From Paraspadella gotoi (Eukaryota > Animalia > Chaetognatha): a DNA stretch of 64,000 nt. Numbering within the stretch: the first letter of the stretch is position 1; each line of letters starts with the position of its first letter. Both the position numbers and the translations under genes were made by a program. The DNA lies in NCBI GenBank assembly GCA_051294375.1, contig CM119270.1, forward strand, positions 10,776,036 to 10,840,035, given 5' to 3'. The notes below the pieces were generated by a model. The model was not told the DNA's origin. It was given only the letters and a program-made list of their open reading frames with translations, and made no database searches. This document shows positions 27,039 through 38,278 of the stretch, one piece after another.

Positions 27039-28231
27039 ATCGCCGACGAGGGGATTTTACTATTCGTCGCCTCTAGTTCCTGAACATGATTCAGCCCAAA
27101 CCGAACCCAAAAACTTTCCCAAACCCTACTTACCTTTCTCTCTTCCACCTACCCAACAAAATTTACGATCGAAAATGGAACTTTCATATAATATCACATT
27201 AGTCGACCGGCACTTTTCCCTTTGGACCCGAGGCGAGATCGAGGGGATGATATCGCTTTTCATATTTCATACCATTAATTATATGTGGAATTATATGTGG
27301 AAGTGAGACTTGTGTTCGTTTTCGAACGCCTCTTTCTCCAAGAGTATTTATAAAAAAACAATACAGTATGGCGACGTGAATAGCAAATGAAGGGAGACAG
27401 GAATTATGCGGATTACATCTAATAATGTACAAAGGCAAAGAAATCATAATAACGCGAATAAGATCGAAAAGTTTGAGCGTGTTTCCGTTGGACCACTAAG
27501 TCTGCTTTTTTTTTAGCCACAAAGACCACTGGCCAGTTTCACCGATGACCGAGAGAGATTCAGATCACGAATCACGAATCACAAAATAAATTAAAAAAAA
27601 ATAGTTTAGTTGTTTCGTAAGAGAAAGATATTCTATTGTTGTTTGACTTTGATTTTTTTGTAAATCTTTGTGATAAAAAATATATGCTTCAGTGAATTTT
27701 TTTTTAATTGCAGTATTTTAAATTAAATTAAATGAATTATTCAAATAATAATTTTTAAAAGTAATGATTACTCATTGACTTTAACAAATAATTAATGCGA
27801 CGACCTTCAAAGCGTCCTCCTTAGTCTTGGAGAATTAAAAAAAATTATTAAGTTAATAAAAAAAAATAGTTTATAGCACAAAAAAAAAAAAAAATCACGT
27901 TTGTACGCAAGTTGAATCCTTTTCTTCTCTTTCCTCCATTTACTTTCCATTTCCCACCATTTCTCCGCTCCCCCCCAGCCCCCCTCCCCACCTCATCCCC
28001 TCCCCCCTCCTTTCGCCCCCTTTTTTAACTTCGTAACCGGACGATTCGTTGAACCACTTCGCATTGTCGACCCCAAGGGCGAGAGGAGGCGATTATGTCG
28101 GGACTTTATGCCCTCCACAAAACTTTCTATGTTCGACCGTTGGTCAAAAAAAACAGGAGCATTGAGAAGAGAGAGGAGAGAGAGAGGAGAGAGAGAGGAG
28201 AGAGAGAGAAGAGAGAGATTAGAGAGAGACG

Positions 28232-28263
<32 letters not shown>

Positions 28264-28772
28264 TGTTTAACAGTCACGGGCGGTTGATAAAAAGATTGCG
28301 TTGCTAAACTTCTCCCACCCTCCATCTTTGGGTTGAATCTTCACGGTGAGATGTGAAGAGACAGAGATTCACTTTTTACCCGAGATTTTTTTTTTGCTGA
28401 CGTAAATTTATGAACTTAAACTCAAGATCGCGCCGAAAGAAACGAAAAGAAGGAGCCTGTACGATTTGAGAACAGCTGAGATTTTGGAGAAAAAAAAGAA
28501 AAGATAATCCAATTAAAAATAACACGTGTCTTTTTGATTTTTTATGTCTTCTGAGATAATTATGTTTCGGGGACATGGACCCAGATTTCTGTGGATTGAG
28601 AAGATGAATAAAATTTAAAATTCGTTGTATTATTTTCGAAGCTAAAAATGTTTCATTGTCGATAAATTTTTTTTAAAAATTAATTAATTTGAGTTTTTCT
28701 AACTGACAAGCTAATCGTGACTTTTTGTCGTCCGCTTGTAAAAACTAATTATTTTTGGCAGAATTCCATGAA

Positions 28773-28828
<56 letters not shown>

Positions 28829-29323
28829 TTTTCTCATCAGTATTCATCGCTGGTTTCGCGGTTTAACTTTCGGCGACGAAACAAAAGACGAAAAAAACCG
28901 GGGGAGAAATTTCGGTTTTCCAGTTGTTGTTGTTGTTGTTGTTGTTGTCTCTCTTTTCCGAGGATCCAGTGATTTAAATCGTAATGTGAGTTCATTTTCT
29001 TCGAATCTAACCACTTACCAACGACGTACATCACATGACCAATTCACAATTCAAACGTGATACTCAAAATCATAACGAGAACTAGAGAATCCGAAGATTA
29101 AACTTGTTTTTTCTAGGAAAACAAAAATCCTATCGTTTGCACGCTATACAGTATCGCTCTTGCTCGATTACCTTTTAATTCGATAAATTAAAAAGGTATC
29201 GTTCGCGCGATTAGCGCTTAACAAAGATAAATCGTTTCTCATTTCTCTCGTTTTTTTTTCTCACGGAATTCCATTTTTATGTTTTCTTTCCATTAAGCGC
29301 TCGTCGACGCTGAAGGCGGTAAC

Positions 29324-29414
<91 letters not shown>

Positions 29415-30032
29415 TCCGTCCTTTTGACAATTACCGAATTCATAATCTCCACCTCGATAAGGGAACCCACGCAGCGACTTTCTAAAACTCTCGGTCTCTC
29501 CCTCTAAATGAGTTCGGATAAATCAGAAATTTTCCATCTCTCGGGTTCAATAAGTAAACTATTTTTCTTTTATTCATTTATTCATCCATTCATTCATGTA
29601 TTCTTTCATTTATTTTTTTAATTATTTTTCTATTCATTCATTTTTTCTGTCCGTCACGCGTGTTTCGACAAGCATCCATCACAATCCTTTACGCTTCTGA
29701 AGCGTCAGATTCCTCAGGAATAACGGTGCTCCATGAGGAAGGCGTAGATTCTTGATTTCAACGAAATGACGTCTCAATGTAAACAATACTTCCAGCACCG
29801 CCTTCTTTAGCTGGAAAAGAGCATCGTTGGATAGAGAAGCGAATGAAAAACTTTCGAGTATCTGTTTTCCGAGTCTTACTTTTAATTTTCACTTTGCTTT
29901 AATTTCGTCTCCGCTTTCTATGACTACGTATGATGTTCTTTCGACCACTTCTTCGTCCCTCTTCGTCCCTCTTTCCGCCCAATTCATATTTTGAATGGCA
30001 TTCTGAATTCTCTCTCTCTCTCTCTTTCTCTC

Positions 30033-30094
<62 letters not shown>

Positions 30095-30382
30095 TGTGTT
30101 TCTGTGTTTCGGTCGCAACTCGTACAAACCCACAGAATTAATAATTTGTAGCACGATATAAACTAGCCTTTTGAAGAAGGTCACTTTAAACTACCTTCCC
30201 ACTGTCGTTAGAATCGACCCACACAAACTTTTTTTTTCAATCTCGACAATTTCTTGCGCGCGACGCTTCGGGAGAATTTCTCGGGCGTCGACATTTGCGA
30301 CGGAGAAATGGAGGGAAAAGAATTTCTGCTAATGGTTCTCTCCTTCTCTCTTTCCCTCTTTTCTTTTCTCCTTTCAAATTGT

Positions 30383-30422
<40 letters not shown>

Positions 30423-31377
30423 AGAAAGAAAGGATATTGTTTTTCCTATTTCATAACCGCTTTTGTTCGATGAGATGGAATATTTATTTTTCATTTCTGC
30501 CCTGACGGAGACTTCGAAATTATTGTGTACAATGTGCAGCGGGGGAAAAAAAGCCTTATTTGTACAGTCGTACATCTTGGGATGAAAAAATTGGTTAGTT
30601 GAATAGAAAGCGTAGTAAAAATTCTAAGTTTAACTTTTATCAAAATCTAAATTAGAAGAATGAACAACATTGTATAAAAAATTTTATAAAAAATTTTGAC
30701 ATTTACACGGTAGGCTATATTTTTACATAGATCAGTAAAGAGTTTAGTGAAATTTAAGAAAAGAAAGAGCTCAAAGTGAACTGCCCCCCCCCCGGGGCGG
30801 ACAAAGGTGGGACGTTGACGATGTGATCGGGTCATTGGCTTGTCATAAGCTGAGAGGATATTGCTGAAGAGTGGGATAGCGTAGAGTCAGGTAATTACCC
30901 GGTTGGGAATATTGAAAATTGAGCCACGCGAATAACTCTCTGGCCTGATAAGCCTGCCGAAGGCCCTCCTCTCACCTGACGGTGAGGTGGGGGGTTGCCT
31001 GTTCTGGCCTGTTTTTATGAATGAGATACAGACTCCTCTCCCTCCTCCTGCAGCCGTCGTTTTGGGCTCACAAATAATTTTTCAAAATGATTTATATTTT
31101 TAAAATAAAAAAAGCATATTTTTACATTTTTGTACTTTAGAATGAGATAAGAATAAGGATATATAAATATAGACTACTGCAAAAATTAAAAAAAACATAA
31201 AAATGTTTTTTTTATAAATTAATGTTCGCTGGTGGTACATTGATCATAAATGACTTTTAGAATTTTTATTCGGTTCTGCGTATCAACAGATTCCGACTCT
31301 ATAATCCACTTTGTGGGTCCCTCGGTCCCACTCTTAAATCTGGTCGGTAAGTTACTTAGATCATCTCAGAACGTTAA

Positions 31378-31848
31378 ATTATGATAAAAGCAAAAAAAAT
31401 AGATGTCCGTCCATCCGTCTGTATGTCTGTCTGTCTGTCTGTCCGTCCTTCTGTCCGTCCGTCCCCCCTAGCATTAAACACCAGTTACTCGTGATTGGAT
31501 GGTTGGATTGGAATGAAACTGTGTGTGGGAAGGAAATTGTGTGATTGTCAAGTATACTTAAATTTTATTAAATTTTATCTTTCTCTCTCTTTCTTACAAA
31601 TAAAATCATGATTGATTGATATATTTTTTAATGATTTTTAAAAAAATATGTTATGATTTGTAATCTAATGATGTGTTATAAAAAATATATGATAAAAAAT
31701 TATACTAGTTGACCAAATTATGCCAGATGAGCAAATTATTTCAATTGACAAAATTATGCCAGTTGATCAAATAATACCAGTTGACAAAATTATGCAAGTG
31801 AACCAAATTATGCAAGTTGGTATTGGCGAAGCTACTGGCTCATTGATA
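31378..31848 (+). mobile_element. Non-autonomous Helitron/Helentron-like element with (GTCY)n microsatellite and internal 18-bp tandem array
   Basis: (gtcc/gtct)n at 31405-31462, ggattggaatgaaact motif, about 6 copies of ttgac(c/a)aaattatgc(c/a)ag at ~31709-31818, then GGCGAAGC...ATAG resembling the 3' end of Lep1/HINE-type elements. Family assignment by architecture only. Confidence 0.5.
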
Positions 31849-32959
31849 GATCAATTGATTTATAGATTTTTTCAGAGATTTATTAAGAAGTCTATTATGA
31901 TCACAAATCTGTTAGAATCACAAATTAAAAGTCAGATATTTATCATATTTAATTATCTTAGGCAGATCCGATATTGTTTGCTCAAAGTTGTCATATAGAA
32001 ATCTCAATTGCGGTAACTCAAAAATAAGAATTTAGAGAAAAATTCGAGACGTGTTTTTTGTGAGAAGAGAAAACATATATTAACGAAAAACAGAGTAAAA
32101 ATCAAAAAGGTAAAAATAACAACAACAACAAATACGTATTTACATTGGCTGAAAAAGGTCAGCCATATCAAGGTAATTCTGTTTGGATACGAACGGTAAT
32201 TCTTACTGACCACAACGGGTCACAAAGTACAGAGACTTCGTCGTCGTCTTCGTTATTATATTCGTCGTCGTCGTCGTCTTTGTTTCGAATCATTTGAGCT
32301 CCCAAAACTACTCTATATTGGATATGGTTTCGCCGCGAACATTTTCAGCGACGCACCGAATTGAAACTCGCCCCATTTTCTGGAAACGGCGTGAAATGTC
32401 GTCATTGTATCAACTTTGAACAAAAATTAAACGTTGAGACCATAAATATCACGTCCCCTAATGTTTCTCCTTCCTAAAGCTTCTCTAATGGGAGCTCATG
32501 AATAAAGATAATCCAAACCGTTAAATGTAAACAAACCATATAGGACTCTCTATATTTCTCTCTCTCTCTCTCTCTCTCTCTNNNNNNNNNNNNNNNNNNN
32601 NNNNNNAGGGAGATCTTTTTAGAATATTTTTATGACATTGTAATTACTTTTTTTTGTTGTTAGTGTTAAATTTTAATGGGAGAAATAACGAAATTTCGTT
32701 TTAACACAATTTGTTTTTATTATTACCAAAATATTCTCACTCTCTCTTCTTCTCTCTTCTCATCTCGTCTCTCCTCTCCTCTCTTTTCATCAATTCTCAA
32801 TTTTATTCGCTCTCCCTCCTTCCCTGTCATCATAATCAACCTGTCCTCACATCTGACCAGCTGACCATAGCGCGGAGTATAAATACAAGAGAATGATAAA
32901 GGACATCTAATTTTTGAAACAAATGTGAAACTATTCCTAAGATCAAAAAGTCAAAATTC

Positions 32960-33155
32960 AACGCTAGGCCAATTTTACAGTGTGACGAAAACTAAAACTG
33001 ACTACAATCAATAATAAATGTAAGTAAATGAAAATCGTATGAAAATTGAAAAAATTAAATAAAAATGAAAAATTCCGCTAGGCCAATTTTACAGTGGTGA
33101 CGAAAACTAAAAACTGAATATATCAAAACTAAAATTAGTAAATGAAAATCGTTAT
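32960..33155. repeat. ~115-bp direct tandem duplication, mirrored at ~50530-50722
   Basis: cgctaggccaattttacagtg(g)tgacgaaaactaaaa...aaatgaaaatcgt occurs twice in each palindrome arm. Confidence 0.8.
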
Positions 33156-33458
33156 TAAACTTTAAAGAACAGAACGTTGTTTGGCTTTATCTCCACTGAT
33201 AATTGAAAGGTCCTTCTACTGTTGTTTGTCTGTTACATGAAGATACTAGAGGTTTATGGGGGCAAATGAACAAAAATGCTTAAACTGTATATTTCGAATT
33301 CTGATTGGAGCTATCCTTATCAAGGAATATGATATAACTAAAAAATGTTTATAATCCTAATAATAAAATCTAATAATAGAAAATTAATTTTTGATCTGAC
33401 CAGATCCTATTACTCAAATTTCTCTCTCTCTCCTCTCCTCTCTCTCTCTCTCTCTCTC

Positions 33459-35048
33459 ATGAGTCATATACTCAGCTCTCCCGAACCAGCCGTAGACGAG
33501 CGGCGGCGCGCGGCTGCCGATCGAGCTCACTTCTCCTTCCGGGCTCTTCCTCGCTCGGATCGGAGGAGATTTCTCTCCTCTCCGGGATTCTTCCGGTCGA
33601 AAGTCAGAGCGATCGGGGGCCGGATCATTTCTTTCTCCTCTCTCTCTCTCTCTCATCTCTCTGCTCTCTCTTACTCCTCTTGCTCTTGCGTCTCTCTCTC
33701 TTTCTATCTTTGTTTTTTCTTTTATGTATTGTTTTGTCATTTCCTCTCTCTTTAATTTCTCATCAAATTATTATCATTTAACTTGAAATAATTTTTTTTA
33801 AATAACTAATTTTGCAAAGGAAAACACAACTAACTTTAATAAACCGAATTCTTCTTTAAGGATTACAGTATTCAGAGTCATTTTAACGATTTTTTTTCTC
33901 TAAAGGCGGAAAAATAATAATGAATTTGAGTAAAAATAAGGCTTCTTGAAATAATCACCAGTGAAAACAAACAGAAAAACCAATAAATCCAAGCTGATCA
34001 ATAAACAATATATTCTAATTAGAAAAATGTTTTCAAAAAAACAAAATTTTCTCTTGACAGAATGTTTTGTACGGAGCTTTTTAGTTTCACTTTGCTAACA
34101 CTCCTGCGTATAAGCTAAGGCGACTCTCAAAACAGTACGGCACTAAGAGGAGCTTTCTGAGACAAAAGACAACCATTAAAGAAACTGTGGCTGCGATCTT
34201 TTTTTGGAAAATTATTGATATAGTCAATGATAAATTTAATTATGGAGAAATTTAAATCTGCTTAAGTCAGAAAAAAATATTTTAAAATTTTGACATTACA
34301 ATGTTTAAATATGCTATGCGAAATTTGAAAAATAAAAAAATTAATTTAAAAATATTCAAGCTGCATGCTCGGAATTTTTTCATTCTATCTTGAATTCTAA
34401 AAAATTTTTTTACTCTTTACTCTCAATAACGTCCTGCGTATCAAAAAATGCAAATAATATATAATCATCTCATTTCGATCATTTCTATCTTTATCATATT
34501 TTCAATTGTTTTCAGCATATTTAATCATCTATTGTTAGATGTAAATATCTTTTTTATTAATATTATATTTTAAGCTCAAAATTCTATAATTAAAAAAAAT
34601 TGTTACTAAATTTTTTAATTTTTTTCCCTTCTTTTTTTTCTTTCTCTTCTCTATCGTTCTTTCTGTCTATCCTTTTTTTCTTTTTTTTTTTTTTTTGACT
34701 CGTGAAATGACCGCTACAATAAAGTAAATACTTTCAAAAAAGGCCTTATCTCTTTAAAAGAGCCTCCCGGATCCGCAAGCGAACACTATAGATCGATCCG
34801 CTCGGAGGCAGAGAGAAGAGCTCGGCGGGACCGAGGTAAGAAGAGAGAGAAGAGAAGTAGTCCGGCCGCTGCAAGCTACGTCGGATCGATTTGCAGACCG
34901 CGCGGATCCGGGAGATAGGAGAAGGAAGAGAAGGGGAAGTAAGAATAGCCGAGCGCAAAAAGTCGAAGCAGGGAGCAGCCGATCGGCCGGCCGCGCGGCT
35001 GCTCCCGGAGCTGCGCTGTTTCGAGGCTTCTGATATCGCCCATCGCTG
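33459..35048. mobile_element. 1.6-kb insertion with GC-rich imperfect terminal inverted repeats inside a (TC)n tract (putative non-autonomous TIR element)
   Basis: Absent from the mirror arm, where 50226-50286 is an unbroken (GA)n. Ends 33459-33650 and 34835-35043 are loosely reverse-complementary (e.g. cgcgcggc-gccgatcg); interior is AT-rich and non-coding. Confidence 0.45.
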
Positions 35049-35373
35049 CTCTCTCTCTCTCCTTCTCTCTCCACCAAATGTTTGTGAATGAAACACTACG
35101 ATTTTAAAATGCTGATGAAGACACGAAATCACATGAGACCGAATTTTTATTGTATAATAAACAATGTTAATTAAAACGAATTTAGTTATTCTTCCATAAA
35201 AAATTGTATATCATCATCATCTTCGAAACTTTTTGATTTCGACTTTTACAGTCTTTTTTTTATTTTTATTAGAAAATGTCAGAATTTTTAAAAGCTGTAA
35301 TTATATTTTTTGTTAAATTTTTTTGCTCTATAAAGAAATCATCAAACATTTTTTTCTTTACGTATATAGTAAT

Positions 35374-35620
35374 TTAAGATGAAACGAAAAATTCGTTGTA
35401 CACTAGCTTTTTTTTTATTTTTATTTAATGTACATGTTTCGAACTCTTAGATTACGAGTCTTCATCAGCAAAGAATTCATCTTGCTGATAGACTCGTAAT
35501 ACTAAAGCAGTCGAAACATGTACATTATAAAATAAAAAAAAAAAATTGCTATTACAACGAATTTTTCGTTTCATCCTACTGATTTTAAATAGCAAAAGAA
35601 AGTCAAAATACAAAGTATAC
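35374..35620. mobile_element. Short Penelope-like element (inverted pLTR fragments plus tail) with 7-bp TSD TAGTAAT
   Basis: Inverted repeat 35378-35471 / 35482-35575 plus ~45-bp tail; TAGTAAT at 35367-35373 and 35621-35627. The mirror arm (~49915-49935) shows the empty site with one copy. Contains hammerhead motifs. Confidence 0.7.
35426..35471 (-). ncRNA. Minimal type I hammerhead ribozyme motif (second, degenerate copy on + strand 35482-35526)
   Basis: Minus strand: TTG-CTGATGA-A-GACTC-GTAATCTAA-GAGTTC-GAAA-CATG-TA-CATTA. Core CUGAUGA and GAAA, stem II GACUC/GAGU(U)C, palindromic ACAUGU stem III, GUA cleavage triplet; stem I weak. Confidence 0.65.
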
Positions 35621-36142
35621 TAGTAATATAATAATTTTATTAGGCTAGATACCACAGACGAAACATTTTTGAAAAAAATATTTAAAACTTTATGTATGCT
35701 CATAATTAGATTATTTTAGCGGCTGTAACATCAGCATTTACTTTCATCGGCTATGCAGTTAGTGTAGGATACTAATACTAATAATATGTACTAAATAGCA
35801 AGGAGGAATAAAAGGAACAAATCAGATCAGAAACTCGTCAACTGTTGAATCTTTTTAGATGATGTATGAAAGTTGTAATCAAAAAGAAAAAAAAACCGTG
35901 AAAAGTGCTAAGAATGAGGCTGCTTGCTACGAACTAAAAACAGAGGTAAAAAAGCAAAAAATACATGCAACAGTAATTCAGAGCTAATCTTATAAGTAAA
36001 TTAAAAAATAAAGGGAGATATGAAGAAGAGATGAAGAAGGAATAGGAGAAGGCAAATCTCTCTCCAGATTGACGGAGGAAGAAGGAAGAGGCGAAAGCGA
36101 ATTGGAATAAAGAAGAAAAGGGAGGAATATGAATAAAGGCTT

Positions 36143-36177
<35 letters not shown>

Positions 36178-37180
36178 AGAGAGAGCAGAGAGACGAAGAG
36201 AGGAGCGAAGGATGAACAGGGGATTCAGTAGAGACGGCGAATGCATTTTAGTAATTATGCGGAATTGCGTAGGAGAGCCAGAATAAGAATTATACTTGAA
36301 TGAACGGAGGAAGGAACGCAACGACGCGCAACAAATCGACCAAACAGAAAAGAACGAAAGTGAACGGCCATAATATACGAATGCAAGCGATAAATAAAAA
36401 CTGCGGAACCAAGATACAGGAAGAAGATCGCTGTGGCGACCTTTGTCAAAATTCCCCATTCCAAACTCCACTCGACCTACAATAAATGACGATCCTTCTG
36501 ACCCCATTTTCTGAAAATACTCTTTCTCCGACTGCCAACACAAACGTTTGGATTATTGAATCTCTTGACCGCGCGTCGAATCATGACCTGGTCAAAAATG
36601 GACCCCACATTCCACAAATAAAAACACAGTGAACTGAAACGATCCTAAAGCTGACAAAAGAGAGAATCTAGATCTGAAAACAAAACGAAACGTCAAACTT
36701 TGGAATTTCCCATAATCAAAATAAATGTTCAAAATTTGAAAAAAGAAAGGTTATTGATTTGGCAGACTTTCTTCGACCCTTTTTGATCTTTTTCCCCTTT
36801 TTAATGCCAACAATAGTCAGCAACCTTTTTCTTTATCATTTATTCCATCAACCAGATCAGCACAAACGATGGAGTTAATTCTAGTAAATAAACGACATAA
36901 AATGAAAAAAAATTGGCGAAATAAAAAAAAAAATATTTAAAAATCAATCATAAACCCATTTTTTTTTTTTTATAGTGGTTAATACAATTTAGCAAAGTTC
37001 TACGTCCTTCTGGTTTTGATATTAAACTGCTATCCATAGTAAAAGAGTGCACGTAAACAATGCGGCGTGGCGTTAGTAATTCAAATATCCGGCTCGGTTC
37101 GGTTGCTTGTACAACCGTTCTCTCTTCAGCAGTAAAAGAATGGCATAGATGGGAGGAGATGGAGAGGACGCATGAGAGAC

Positions 37181-37214
<34 letters not shown>

Positions 37215-38242
37215 GAAGAAGTTTCTTCCCGTGGTTCCATCGGCTCCATATTCAGCCCTTCGTCCCCATTCTTTCCCTCCGATTGTGTTGATTTCCTCCC
37301 GCCCAACGGAGAAATGCGGAGACGCATTAGAATAATGATAATCAGCACCGACGATCAGTCGGTGACTCGGCGATTCGCATATCTGGACAACGGAGCTGCT
37401 ATCTGCATCAAGCGGAATTGCCGACTCTGCGGCTTAGCTGTAAAAGCGCTCATGTCAACTAAGCAGCCATTCGACAAGGGTGACATGCCGAATCAGCCTA
37501 CAATCTGGACAGCCAGATTTGCTACTCCTGCTTCCATTTAAAGGCGCCGAAACGTCAACAACTGCTCCATGTTTAAAAGCGGCTTTTACGCATGATTCTG
37601 ACTAAACGTGATGCCAAATTTAAGCTACTATCACTGCCTAATTAACTGACCATCTTGTCAATGTGCTGGTTTCAATACTTTTCGCATTGATGAAACGTTG
37701 TTTTATGCAGATCTTGCTGACCTTTCTCAAAACCTTTGAAATTCTGTAATGTCATCAATGTTAATAGTAATACTTTAATATTCTACCTAAACTGTTAAAA
37801 AAAATATTTCTAACATAATTAATGTACATTCTGACTTGCTTTTTTTCCAGGAATGAGTGTTCACTTTCCCGTACTTAAAGCTATTATCAATTAATTACTA
37901 TTAACAAAGTTAGCAAATTTTAAAACAAAAATTGCACTAATAAATGCACGGTTAATTTATGTCCGTAACTCGGTAGAGTTGAAACCAGTCCATTGTCAGT
38001 GCTTCTAATCAAAAGCTTCTTAAACTTGTAGATTTCTTTTTCTTTTCTCTAATTCTTCCGTTTCTACTTTCATTCTTTATTCTTTTTTTTTCCGGTCTTT
38101 TCTCTTTTCTTCCCTCTTACTTTTCTTTTTAACTTTTCTTTCTGCCTTTTCCAATCTTTGTTTTGGTCTCTTTATCGCCATTTCGATCCCACCGAAATCT
38201 TTCATCACCGGGGTCAACACTTTTCCACTTTCCACCCTCATC

Positions 38243-38278
<36 letters not shown>

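Noticed and set aside
37342-38003. Possible short-TIR element (agcaccgacgat ... attgtcagtgct)
   Set aside because: Only a ~12-bp imperfect match, no convincing TSD, and the ORF 37194-37541 is not conserved in the mirror arm.
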